From: Vulcanimicrobiota bacterium
Lineage (GTDB): Bacteria > Vulcanimicrobiota > Vulcanimicrobiia > Eremiobacterales > Eremiobacteraceae
DNA: 64,000 nt
Assembly: GCA_963812135.1 (NCBI GenBank)
Contig: CAWETU010000005.1
Coordinates: forward strand, 32,001 to 96,000
Reading direction: 5' to 3'
Numbering within the stretch: position 1 is the first letter of the stretch; every line of letters starts with the position of its first letter. The translations under genes were made by a program, and so were the position numbers. A model generated the notes under the pieces. The model was not told where the DNA came from and searched no databases. It was given only the letters and a program-made list of their open reading frames with translations. This document shows positions 1-10,256 of this stretch, one piece after another.

Positions 1-820
1 GGCGCACTTGCGACTGCGAGATGTAGACGTCGTGCGGGCCGGGCCGCATGTTGTCGCGGCGCAAGAACCCGTAGCCTTCGGGCAATACGTCGAGCACGCC
101 GACTGCGAAATTCAGTCCGGCGGCTTTGGCCTGCGCCTCGAGGATCGGGAATACGAGGTCTTGTTTCTTGATCCGCTGGAGCTCTGGGATCTCGAGCTTC
201 TTGGCCAGCTCGACGAGCTCGGTGCGCGTCTTGTCCTCGAGCTCTTTGACCGACAAGAGATTCATCTCTTCGCCGGCCTTGGTCTTGAACGTCTTGGGTG
301 CGGGCTGCTCGAACCGCTCTTGATACGTGCGCACCGGGAACACGCGCGCGCCGCGATCATTGTTGTTCCGGCCGCGGCCGCGATCCCGATCGAAGCGTTG
401 CGGGCGATCGCCGCGTTCGAAGCGTTCTTGGCGCTCCCGCTCGGGGCGGTCGTTGCGGTCGCTTCGCTCAGTCCGATCAGTCCGCTCCGGACGGTCAGGT
501 CGATCGCCCCGTTCAACGCGTTCGGGCCGGTCAGCGCGATCCGCGCGATCGACTCGATCCACGCGATCAGGTCGATCCCCGCGATCCGGCCGATCTGCAC
601 GATCAACTCGATCCACGCGATCAACTCGGTCCACGCGGTCGACTCGGTCTACGCGATCGGGCCGTTCCGGTCGCTCCGCGCGATCCGGTCGCTCCGGCCG
701 GTCGATGTCGACCTCTATTTCCATCGAGCCTGCGCTCGAGCGCGTTCGCGGCCGATAGACGCGAGGCGCCGATTCGAGGTCAGCGTCGGTTTCAGGAACT
801 GATGATTCGTCGTCTTGCAC
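1..820 (-). CDS. rho: Transcription termination factor Rho, 5' part (runs off the window's left edge), with a long N-terminal low-complexity extension
   Basis: Manual translation; not in the ORF track because there is no stop in the window. GTG at 820 follows AAGGTGG. The frame reads ...LLSVKELEDKTRTELVELAKKLEI...KKQDLVFPILEAQ...GVLDVLPEGYGFLR...PGPHDVYISQSQVR, which is the Rho N-terminal helix bundle and RNA-binding domain. Confidence 0.95.
   Translation of the reverse strand, partial: MQDDESSVPETDADLESAPRVYRPRTRSSAGSMEIEVDIDRPERPDRAERPERPDRVDRVDRVDRVDRVDRVDRADRPDRGDRPDRVDRVDRADRADRPERVERGDRPDRPERTDRTERSDRNDRPERERQERFERGDRPQRFDRDRGRGRNNNDRGARVFPVRTYQERFEQPAPKTFKTKAGEEMNLLSVKELEDKTRTELVELAKKLEIPELQRIKKQDLVFPILEAQAKAAGLNFAVGVLDVLPEGYGFLRRDNMRPGPHDVYISQSQVR
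380..703 (-). repeat. Degenerate 9-bp coding tandem repeat encoding (D/E)-R-X in the Rho N-terminal extension
   Basis: 29 contiguous tripeptides (DRP ERP DRA ERP ERP DRV x6 DRA DRP DRG ...) at 703-443, followed by several imperfect units. Confidence 0.92.
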
Positions 821-1030
821 GTGTGATAACCACCTTGGATAATAGCGAAGGAAGCGCATCGCAGGCGATATGCCGGCGACGGCGAGTATTGGTCAACAAA
901 TCTGTGATGTCGTGATGAAATACACTAACGTCGATGTCGACGTGGATGACAGAGCGAGGGGATTTGTTGGTGATTGGAACAGTCGAGCTCGCGCCGTCAG
1001 TAAGTGGGCGGGAAGCTCACGCCGTCATTG

Positions 1031-1059
1031 ACTATAGCACAGCTGACAGGGACAGTCAA
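1031..1059 (-). promoter_or_regulatory. sigma70-type promoter for rho
   Basis: Minus strand TTGACT-17 nt-TATAGT with an extended -10 TG. The -35 element overlaps the mpg stop codon. Confidence 0.7.
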
Positions 1060-1715
1060 CGGTTTCGCAAGCGCCGTGGGAGCCTGGAAACGCTGGCGCT
1101 ATCAGGGTCGTAGAAGCGCAGCGGCCAACCGGCGGCGGTCGATAATCCGACCCTGCGTGTGACGCCGATCAGAGCCGGCGGCCGCGCGTCTTCAAAGCTG
1201 ACGCGCAGGTGAGGATCCGTGCGCAGATCGAGCCCGTTCGAGCGCAGATCGACGGACATCGCGCGACACAGATTGCCCGGCCCCGAGGCGAGCAAGGCAT
1301 CGGGGATGTCATGGCCTCTCCGCCGTCGCATCGCTTCGACCCCGCTCAGCGGCTCTGCCGCGCGCAAGAGCACGGCGGCCCCGATACCGGCTCGTTCGGT
1401 CACGACGTTGAGACAGAAATACATCCCATATATAAGGTAGACATATGACGAGCCGGCGCGGCCGAACAACGTCGACGTTCGTTTTGTGGGCCCTCGATAC
1501 GCGTGGCACGCAGGGTCGATGTTGGGGAGGTACGCCTCGGTTTCCACGATGCGAGCGAGTAGCCGGTTACCAGCGTCAGGCTCGCCTTCGGGAATCGTGC
1601 GCTCAAGGATCGCGCCGACGAGGCGGCGCGCGACGTCGATAGTCTCGCCTACGAACGGATCGTCGACGAACTTGTTTTCGAAAGCACGGATGTTCGGGAC
1701 TTGACTGCGCGACAC
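1056..1715 (-). CDS. mpg: DNA-3-methyladenine glycosylase (Mpg/AAG family)
   Basis: Motifs ARIVETEAY, DPACH, YVYLIYGMYFCLNVV, GAAVLLRA and SGPGNLC. The start (GTG 1715) is approximate. Confidence 0.92.
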   Translation of the reverse strand: MSRSQVPNIRAFENKFVDDPFVGETIDVARRLVGAILERTIPEGEPDAGNRLLARIVETEAYLPNIDPACHAYRGPTKRTSTLFGRAGSSYVYLIYGMYFCLNVVTERAGIGAAVLLRAAEPLSGVEAMRRRRGHDIPDALLASGPGNLCRAMSVDLRSNGLDLRTDPHLRVSFEDARPPALIGVTRRVGLSTAAGWPLRFYDPDSASVSRLPRRLRNR

Positions 1716-1739
1716 GACGGCGTGATGATGTCCTTTAGA

Positions 1740-2798
1740 ATGAGGCAACGCAGGTGCGCGATCCTCGGCGGCGCTGTTCGCCGTCGCGGCTACACTCTCT
1801 TCGAAGCGCTGATCGCGCTCGGCATCCTGTTTTTGCTTCTCTACGTGGTCGGCGATGCGGTGACACGGATGCTGCACAACACGTCCATGTCAGTCGCCCG
1901 CTCGAGTCAAGCGCGCAGCGTTTCTGAACTCGTCACGCGGATGTCTGAAGAGGCACGCAGCTCGGCGGCGGTCTTCATCCCCGCGAATGACGTGTTCGGC
2001 AACCCGAACGGCGGCAGCGCAGCGCATGAGGTCGATTTCTTCCGCCGGCTGTCGGCCGGCGGTGACGCGTACGTCGCCTATCGTCTCGACCCCGAGACCG
2101 GCGTCGTCACTCGGTACGAGTATTCGCTCGCGGGCGGCGCCCCGGCGATCGCGCATTCCGATCAACTTGCGGCCGGTGTCGGGACGTTCGCTCCAAGCCG
2201 CGTCACTGCCGGATCGATGAGCGATGTCGTCAGTGCCGCGACGGTCAGCAATGTTTCTATCCTGTACGGTACCGCCGGCGTCGTCGGCGGCAATGACATC
2301 GTCGTCGTCAGGGTCCAGGCCCAGCCTGAAGATGGCGTGACCCCCACGGAGATCTCCGTCCATCTCGCGTCGCGAGCAGCACCGACATCGCTGTCGGTGC
2401 TCGCGCCTGCTGCTCCGCCACCGCCGCCGGTGGGAGGCGGTCCCATCACGATTCCTTTCATAATCCGAAATATTCCGGTGCACGTTCCGCATGGTCCATG
2501 GCATTCGGCTAGGTGGAGGAACTGAAGGCGGCGCCGGTGAGTCGGGGGCGCACACCCCTTGGATTGCGGGGACCGTCTCATCACTTCGGACTTGCTGGCG
2601 GCCTTGGTTGGCTCGATCTTTTCGCTGTCGTACCCAACACTTGAAAGTGGGACTTACACGTTTCGCGACAGCAGCGGAAACCTGAATACGGTGACCATCA
2701 GTTGCGACGGCGCTCCATGTCCCAGATTCAAGCCGTTGCCGTCTGCCGGATCGCCTCCGGCGCCGTCCGGCGGCGTTGGTTTCGACGCCGTCCCCTAA
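1740..2798 (+). CDS. Prepilin-type N-terminal cleavage/methylation protein (minor pilin/pseudopilin); C-terminus probably frameshifted near 2500-2560
   Basis: RRRG|YTLFEALIALGILFLLL class III signal with E+5. ORF 1701-2525 is probably continued by the 2559-2798 frame. Confidence 0.72.
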
Positions 2799-2962
2799 GG
2801 CCGACGCCGCAGGAAAGGGTGTCCCCTAACAGAACCTCCTCGCACCGGATTCCAACAGTGGGCGTTACCCCACTTTCTGGTTCATTTTCTGTTTGGAAGC
2901 GCCGGAAACACGCGCCGCGCACTTGGGGCGCTCCTAGGGCCCCCGGTGCAGGAGGAAAATCC

Positions 2963-5900
2963 ATGCCCAAGTCGCTCACACGGGCGCTTTCCGTGACCGC
3001 GTTGGTATTCGCGACTGTTTTTGGCCAGGCAACGCAGACGCTGGCCAGCAACGTCGGCAATATCATCGGCCGCGTGACTAGTGTTACTACTTTGACGAAC
3101 AAACAAATCGAAGAGCTTCCTCTGGCCAACGTCAACGTGGCTGCCGTCGCCCCGTCGGGCACGTCCAAGGCGTTGACCAACGCGGCCGGCTACTACGCGC
3201 TCACCGGTTTGGCGGTGGACACGTATGCCGTGTCGTTCGCCAAACAAGGATACGTGACCGTGCTCGTCCCCGGCGTCACGGTGTCGCAAGACTCCACGTA
3301 CCCGCTCAACGTCAAGATGCAGACCGCCCTCGCATCGCTAGGCACCGTCTCGGTGCGCGGCGCGCAGTCGCTCGTGCAGCCGAATCAACCGGCCGACCGT
3401 TATACGGTGACGTCGACGCAGATCCAGAACATCACGGGAACGCCGCAGAACATCTCGGAGACGGCGGTCCTCAATTCGCTGCCCGGCATCACGACGGACA
3501 CCGGCGGTTATCCGATCATCCGCGGCGGCGCGGAAAACGATGAAGGCTTCCAGCTCGAGGGCATCGATGCGACCGAGCCGATCACCGGCCAGTTCATCAA
3601 CAGCCTTTCGCTGTCGGGCACGTCGCGAATCGTGCTGGAGACCGGCGGTTACGACGTGACGAACGGCAACACCAACTCAGGCGTCGTCAACATCGTCGTG
3701 AAGCGCGGATGCCTATCCGGGCGCCGGCCAGGCCACGCTCTTGGACAACGCCCCGAACTTCGATCACCGATTCGCGGTCGAGTATGGCAATGGCTCGCCG
3801 GATAACCGGTTCAGCTATTTCGTGTCGTACAATGGCTTGCGCCAGTTCCGCGTCTACGGCGACCAACACACATTCCTTTCACAGGAGGTGACGGCTGTTG
3901 GCACCGGGACGGCAACGAGAGCAACATCAACCTGTTCTACCGCTGGGGTCAGGACAACCGCAATGAGCTCCAATACTTCGGCGAGAATGGCGCGAACTAT
4001 TTCGGGTTCGACTACAACGTGCTGCAATACGGCGGTCAGCAGTCGGCGATTTGCCCCACGCTGACCAATCCACCGACGTGCCTGCCGTATGACTCGGCGA
4101 ACCTGCAAACACGCGGTCATTCTTCGGCACCACTGGCGGCGTGGTCCACGACGTTGCTTCCCGGCCAAACCGCGTACAATCAGGCCATCAACTACGCGGA
4201 CAACGAGAATAACAACCACTTCATCGAGAAACTGAACTACAAGCGTCAGTTCAGCTCGAACAGCTATGCCGATATCGGCGTGTTCCGCACCAGCGTCCAC
4301 GACATCTTCGGGGTTCCGTGGGACGGCGGTGCGCTAACTGGCGAGTACGAGTTCAACCACTCCGACAACACCGGCATCGAGGTCGACTACCAGAACCAGA
4401 TCAGCAATCAGCACTTGCTCGCCTTCGGCGGTACCGGCAAGTTCTCGAAGACTGACTTCTCGATCGGCATTCCGGAGCTCGAGCCGCTGGTCGAACCGAT
4501 CACCGAGTTCGGCTACGTCGGCTACCTGAACATGGCCACACGGTGTTGGCGGGTGCGGCACGAACGGCGCGACTCCGACATGCGTCAGCCCGGCGTTCCC
4601 GCTGAGCACGTATGTCAACCAGCTTCTCCTTCATCACCGATCCCGTGCAGACATGGGATGCATGGCTCCAAGACACGTGGACGCCGACCACGCAGTTCAA
4701 CGTCAAGGCGGGCGTGCGGTTCGACCAACAAGTGCTGCATCTGCCGAGCAATGCGGCCGCGTTGTCGACCAGCTACACGCACGACCCGGCGGGCAACACT
4801 CATCGATGTCCCCGGACTTCCGGTGGGCAGCAACGTGACGCGTCCGTCGCAGTTCAGCCCGCGCCTCGCGCTCACGTACACGCCTAACCAGAACGCGCGC
4901 AACGTGTTCCGCGCTTCAGCCGGCGAGTTCATCGAGTTCACGCCGGTGTCGAACATCGAGAACACTTACCAGATCCCGCAAGCGGCGTATAATTGCACGA
5001 TCGCGAGCGGCTGCTTCGCACCGCTGCCGGGCTACAGCCCGACCTGCGTGAGCGGCAAGGATCCGGCCAACGCCAACATGCCGTGCAACGGCATCAACAA
5101 CCTCGGGCAGCAAGCCCTTGAGGACCTCAACACCAACAACTTCGCCCAGTACACGCCGGTGCTGCCGCAGACCGCGTTCTCGGCGGACGCGAGCTGGGAA
5201 CACGACTTCGGCAACGGCCTTGACCTCAAGCTGACGCCGTATTATCGGCGTGGCCGCAATTACGTCGTCGCCAACACGCCGCTGCTCGCCACGCTGCCCG
5301 ATGGCACGTCGGTGTTCGGCGCGCCCATCGAGCAAAACGCCGGCGCTAACGTGAACACCGGCATCGAGCTCGCGTTGGCGAAGAGCGTGACGTTCGGGTT
5401 CAGCGGATACCTCAACGCCACGTACGACAACACCAAGGCCAACTACAACAGCGACTTCTTCCCGGCGACCAACAACGCCGCGCTGGCGTTGAACCACTAC
5501 TTCCACGTCTCGTACCTTGCGCCGGTCACGGCGACGCTCGGCATCGTCTATCACGACCGGCACGGCCTGCTGGTCACGGCCGAGCTGCCGTACGAGTCGG
5601 GCTACTACTACGGCGTGGGCAAGCACACGTTCGTGTTCGCGCTCTGCGGACAGGTCGCCGGCTGCACGGGCAACCCGGCCAGCTCGGTACCGGTCGAGGT
5701 GCTCAACACCGACCTCGCCGCCGCATCGCTCGGACAGAACACGCTCACCAGTGCCTACTACTACACCGATCCGCTGAACCCGGGCACGATCCTCAACCCG
5801 AATATCACAGGCTCGCGCGGCACGCCGGAAGGCAACGACCCCGGCAGCCTGCGAAGCCCGCAGCGACTGCTGGTCAACTTGGCGATCGCGCATGACGTCG

Positions 5901-6192
5901 GCTCTGGGCCGAACCACTTCCAAGTGGGCGTGCGCGCGTACGAACCTGCTCGGTAACTACTCACCTGGCGTCGTTGGCGGCAACTCACGATTCCGCATCG
6001 ACGGCTTGGGTGGGTACAACGGGCTGAGCGGCGGACGTCAATGGAAATACCAACGGCGGCCCGAACTCGGGCAGCAACAACATCAATCCAACACTCCAAC
6101 CCTTACAGTTCAACCGCGGCCCCTACCCGTACGAAAGCCAGGCAACGGGCGCAGCGCGTCTGTTTACGTTCTTCGTGAGCTCCAACTTCTAA
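2963..6192 (+). CDS. TonB-dependent receptor with an N-terminal carboxypeptidase-regulatory-like domain (several frameshifts)
   Basis: GGAGG then ATG at 2963; Sec signal; NAAGYYALTGL...YAVSFAKQGY; plug motifs LNSLPGI, IIRGG and NSGVVNIV; FSPRL barrel motif; ends ...LFTFFVSSNF* with a C-terminal Phe. Pieces lie in ORFs 2702-3805, 3741-4064, 4612-4887 and 4019-5956. Confidence 0.85.
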
Positions 6193-6204
6193 AGAGCGTA
6201 GACA

Positions 6205-6236
6205 GCGCACCGGGGGCCCTCAAGCCTCCGGTGCGC
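6205..6236 (+). other. Intergenic stem-loop between the TBDR and the lipoprotein gene
   Basis: GCGCACCGGGGGC-CCTCAA-GCCTCCGGTGCGC, a 13-bp stem with one G-U pair and no strong U-tract. Confidence 0.65.
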
Positions 6237-6273
6237 CCACCTCTTGAACTTATTGAGAAAGGATCCATTAGAA

Positions 6274-7258
6274 ATGCACAAGTTCAGAGCAGCGGTAATT
6301 GGGCTGCTGTGCCTCGGGGCCGTGACGGGCTGCAGTACGAACACAAATCCAGGAAACGTCGTTTTCACGACGCAAAGCAACGCTTGAGCTCGCCGTCGGA
6401 ACGATCAATGACCCCGCGGGGACGTTGCAAGCGCAGACTCAAAGCGTCAGCTTCGCCGGACCATACCTCGACGTGATCGCCCCGTTCCGAAACCAGCTCG
6501 GCAATTCGGCGTTCAATCTTCCCGGCGACGCGACTTTGACGCCAGGCAGCGGCACCGACAACATGGGATTCACATTCAATCCGAAGCCGCCCAACCCGCC
6601 CGGGTTCATCGGTCTTTTCTCTTATGGGCAGTCAGGACCAGCGTTCGGGGCAACGGTGTGGAATCAGCTGCCGGCAGCCGCGCCGGCATGGGCCGCGCCC
6701 GGCAGCGGAACGGGATTCATGATGGATGTCAATCCCAACGGTCCCGATTTCAACTGCTGCTTCGGCGATCTGCCCAGTCCCGCGCAAGGTTACCCGTTGG
6801 CGGGAAATACGTCTTATTCGCTAGTCGACACGGTTACCGTAAACGGCCAAGTACAGACGTATACTGCGGGCGCCAAGCTCGCTGCCGTTCCGACATTCCT
6901 TGCGGTCGGCTCAGCCGCATACGCTCCCAGCCTGGGTACGGGCGGTGGAACGTTCAACTTCGGAGCATACCCTGCGGGCGCGACGGAACAGGTCGTGGTC
7001 GTGCTGTCGGGTTTACCCCCAGCCATCGCGTTCTCGCGATGGTGAAGGTCAATACGCCAGTAACCTCGGGGGCGTTGCCGGCAGGCACACTCGCGGTGGG
7101 CGCTTACAGTGCTTCGTGATCGCGAGCTGACTTCCCGTGGGTCGAAGCCGGTGCAGTCAATTCACCAGCCGTCGGGAATCCGGCCCCCGTGATCACGGGC
7201 GCGAACGGCAACGCAGACCTGTCCGTGAGCGCTCCGTTCGCGCTGCACCCAGACATAA
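6274..7258 (+). CDS. Hypothetical lipoprotein downstream of the TBDR (frameshifted)
   Basis: AAAGGA then ATG at 6274; MHKFRAAVIGLLCLGAVTG|C lipobox; continues in ORF 6425-7045 and beyond (G/P/T/N-rich). The stop at about 7258, just before a terminator, is inferred. Confidence 0.65.
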
Positions 7259-7279
7259 CTCCGCGCGAAGGCAAACGCA

Positions 7280-7311
7280 AAGGACGGCAGCGATGCCGTC
7301 CTTCTTCTTTT
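7280..7311. terminator. Intrinsic terminator between convergent genes
   Basis: AAGGACGGCA-GCGA-TGCCGTCCTT, a perfect 10-bp stem with a GNRA loop, followed by CTTCTTTT. Confidence 0.8.
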
Positions 7312-7312
7312 C

Positions 7313-7802
7313 CTAACCGGTGGGTAAGAAGCGCGAACGGTGCGGCCAGGCCTTCTGCTTTGGCGCGCAGCGCCGCAAGCCGCTCCGGTTTGACGAGCAT
7401 CAGCTTCGCGTTCGAGAACTCGTTCAATTTGCAGCCAAGCACGATGTACGGCAGCGTGAGTTCGCGGTGCGGCTGGCTGCGCTGCTCGAGTTCGGCGATC
7501 AGCAATGGATCGTCGACGTGGATCAAGACGCGCCGCACGCCCAGTGAGAGCAGCCGATCGAGCGCCGCCGTGACGCCGGCATACACGTAGTCCCTGCCTT
7601 GTTGCGAGAGCTGCTCTCGCACCGAGAACGGGATGAAGTGCTCGCCGGCGGAGCCGGCGCGGTCTAGCAGCGAGACTGCCGCGATGCCGCGGCCCGCTCC
7701 GCAACGGACCACGGCGATGTGGGCCTGGCAGTCGCCGCGCGCGCCGGCTGGGGCTCTGCGCCTGGGCTCCTCGGTTCCGGGTATCATGGTAGGGGCTATC
7801 AT
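7313..7802 (-). CDS. Degenerate RNase H-fold (RVT_3/RnhA-like) protein, LexA-box controlled
   Basis: YAGVTAALDRLLSLGVRRVLIHVDDPLLIAEL resembles RNase HI EYxAL..AL..A..LG...V.I.GDS.LV..Q. The true stop is probably TAG at 7313, just before the terminator; the ORF track extends it to 7104, probably via an indel. Confidence 0.6.
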
Positions 7803-7808
7803 GCCCAT

Positions 7809-7838
7809 ATTATAATCGAACAGGTGTTCGATAGGCAA
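7809..7838 (-). promoter_or_regulatory. sigma70 promoter with a LexA (Cheo/SOS) box in the -35/-10 spacer
   Basis: Minus strand TTGCCT-18 nt-TATAAT. The spacer contains TCGAAC-ACCT-GTTCGA (7816-7831). Confidence 0.82.
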
Positions 7839-7843
7839 GACGT

Positions 7844-7867
7844 CGGTCGGATAAATCCGACCGCTAC
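7844..7867 (-). repeat. GTAG-type REP palindrome, copy 1
   Basis: Reverse complement GTAG-CGGTCGGAT-TT-ATCCGACCG. Confidence 0.8.
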
Positions 7868-7882
7868 GGCGTCCTAAATCGC

Positions 7883-9086
7883 TTAGCCGACCAGGTCGAA
7901 AAGGTCCTCGAAATCACCCATTGCGGCCGTTCCGGCCCGGTTCGCCATGACGGCTTCGTACACGGCCACGACCCGTCCGGCCGTGGCCTTGATGTCAAAT
8001 GCTGCGGATGCGGTTCTGGCATGCGCGGACGCCACGTTGTAGCGCGTCCGATCGCCCAGCAGCGCCAAGACCGCCGCGGCCATGCCGCCCGCTTCTTCGA
8101 CCAGCTCCCCTGCCTTGTTGGGGCCGAACACGTCACGCGTTTGCGGGCTGGACGCGGCCACCACCGGCAAGCCCGCGGCGAACGCCTCGGCCAGCACCAA
8201 GCCCTGGGTCTCCGAGGTCGAGGGGAAGACGAAAAGATCGGCCGCTGCATACACCGCCGGGAGATCCTCGTGGGGTAGCGGTCCTGCGAATATGACCGCG
8301 TCACCCAGGCCGTCCGACTTGGCCTGCGCTTTGAGCGCGTCGGCCGAAGGCCCCGTGCCGACCAGCAGCAACTTCGCGTCCGGCAGGCCCGTCAACACGA
8401 GCTTGAGGGCCTCAAAGGCCAGCGGCACGCTTTTCTCCTGGGCCAGCCGGCACACGAGCAGCAGCAGCGGCGCCGCCAAGGGGATTCCGAAGCGCTTGCG
8501 GGCCGCTTGGGCGTCTGCCAGCCGCGGCGTTGCGGAAACGATCGAGCTCGATGCCGGTCGGCACGACGCAGATGGGCGCCACCACGCCAACGTCCCGCAG
8601 CCCGGTCGCGACCGCCTGGGTCGGAGCGATCACGGCGTCGGCGGCGTTGGCATAGCCGCGCGTGAGCTCGCGGGTCAGCTGCGCCGTGAACCGCTGGCCC
8701 AACGGCGAGTAATGCGCATAGCGCTCGAGCATCGTGTGATACGTGAACACGAGCGGCACGCGAAAACGATAGCGCGCATAATATTGCGCCATCCAACCGG
8801 TGACGAACAGCGAATGCGAATGGATCACATCGCATTGGCTCAGGAATCGCGCTTTGTTTCTGCGCGCGACGAGCGGCACGGTGAGACGATACTCGGTGCG
8901 CGCCGGCAACGGCAACGACGGCATGAAGAAAACTCGACCGAGCGCTTCGACGCCGTTCGGGATGCGCGGCGCGAACGTGTACGCTTCATGTCCTTGCGCG
9001 CGCAGTTCTTCAGTGAGCGATTCGACCGATGCGACGACGCCGTTGATGATCGGCCGGTACACCTCGGTGAAAATGCCGATCTTCAT
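7883..9086 (-). CDS. Glycosyltransferase family 4 (glycolipid synthase/PimA-like), frameshift near 8520
   Basis: MKIGIFTEVYRPIINGVVASV, VFTYHT, RLAQEK and ETQGLVLAEA, split over two overlapping ORFs. Confidence 0.88.
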
Positions 9087-9191
9087 AGCGGAACCATCTT
9101 CTCGTCATTCGGGACCACGATGCGCTCCGCGTTCCTGTGGCCGAACTGTGAATCCTTCAGCGGTACAACCAGTCCGCGTAGCGGGAATCCC

Positions 9192-9221
9192 TTGTCCCAT
9201 CGGATTTTCCCGTGATATAAT
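9192..9221 (+). promoter_or_regulatory. sigma70 promoter upstream of the G5/3D gene and rsmA
   Basis: TTGTCC-18 nt-TATAAT with an extended -10 TG. Confidence 0.65.
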
Positions 9222-9368
9222 GCACGCGTTGTTCCGGTTTTCCGTTTTGTTTCGTCGCTTTGCGACGATCTCGCCTTCACGATACCGAGATGCAACGCAC
9301 CGGTCGAAGGCTCTGCCAACATCACTCCGTCCGCTGACCACGGCTCACCGTAAATCGGGGATCACTTA

Positions 9369-10223
9369 TTGACGCGCCATCCTGAAATCCGTATCGCAGC
9401 GTTCGCCACGCTCATCATCGTGTGCGCGACCGCGACGTCTGCGGCACAAGTCGCACACACGCACCGACAAGCATCACATTCGCATCCCATTCTCACTTCA
9501 TCATCGTACACCGTATCGACGACGCTCGCCGACCAACCGCTTGACGTCGCGCATCAGACCGACAGCTCATCGGTCGTCGCGAGCGCTGACAGCTTTTACA
9601 ACAATACCAAGTTCGACGATCTGCGCGGCACCACGAACGTGGTGCGTCCAATCGTGCACATCCAGACGGAATACGCCACCCGCCAAGCGCTCGTGCCGCT
9701 GAACCCGGAGGTGCGCCTGAGCCTCGGCCTGCCCCCCGGCCGGCGCAAGGTGCTCCGGGCGGGCCGGCCAGCCGTCGCTGAGCTCACCGAGCGGGTCGTG
9801 ATGTGGGACGACGTCGTCGTCAGTCGGCAGCTCGTCCGCTCGAGGGTCGTGCACCAGGGTACCCGCAGCATCGTGCAGCAGGGCGCCCCCCTGACCTGGG
9901 AGCAACTCGCCTCGACCACGCCCTACCATAAGCTCGTGAGCGTCTTCTCGATGGAAGCGACCGCCTACACGGCCTGGACGGCGACATCCAATCCGACCGG
10001 CCGGACCGCCACCGGTATCTTCGCCGGCTACGGCATCGTCGCGGTCGACCCGCGCGTCATCCGCCTCGGCAGCCACGTCTTCGTGCCGGGTTATGGCCTC
10101 GCGATCGCCGCAGACACGGGCGGCGCGATCGTCGGCAACCGGATCGACCTGTGCATGGAATCGGTGCGCGACGCGATGATCTTCGGCCGCCGCCCCGTCA
10201 AGGTGTACGTCCTAGCGGAATAG
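9369..10223 (+). CDS. G5 + 3D domain cell-wall remodelling protein (YabE/Sps-like)
   Basis: Signal peptide; C-terminal MEATAY...TATG...GIVAVDPRVIRLGS...IAADTGGAIVGNRIDL (3D domain); lies upstream of rsmA as yabE/rpfB do. Confidence 0.87.
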   Translation: MTRHPEIRIAAFATLIIVCATATSAAQVAHTHRQASHSHPILTSSSYTVSTTLADQPLDVAHQTDSSSVVASADSFYNNTKFDDLRGTTNVVRPIVHIQTEYATRQALVPLNPEVRLSLGLPPGRRKVLRAGRPAVAELTERVVMWDDVVVSRQLVRSRVVHQGTRSIVQQGAPLTWEQLASTTPYHKLVSVFSMEATAYTAWTATSNPTGRTATGIFAGYGIVAVDPRVIRLGSHVFVPGYGLAIAADTGGAIVGNRIDLCMESVRDAMIFGRRPVKVYVLAE

Positions 10224-10256
10224 TCGTCCGGCGTGTAGTAGCGCGCCCATCGTACG

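Noticed and set aside
380..703. Repeat tract as a CRISPR array
   Set aside because: It is a 9-bp coding periodicity with no spacers and no cas genes.
8..915. Plus-strand ORFs with repetitive S-T-R or I-x-x translations
   Set aside because: They are antisense shadows of rho and its repeat tract.
2808..2836. sigmaH-like promoter AGGA-N17-GAAC upstream of the TBDR
   Set aside because: Single weak match; similar motifs upstream of other genes had inconsistent spacing.
9222..9368. c-di-AMP (ydaO) riboswitch upstream of the G5/3D gene
   Set aside because: The context fits, but I could not find the conserved aptamer motifs; an Infernal RF00379 search would settle it.
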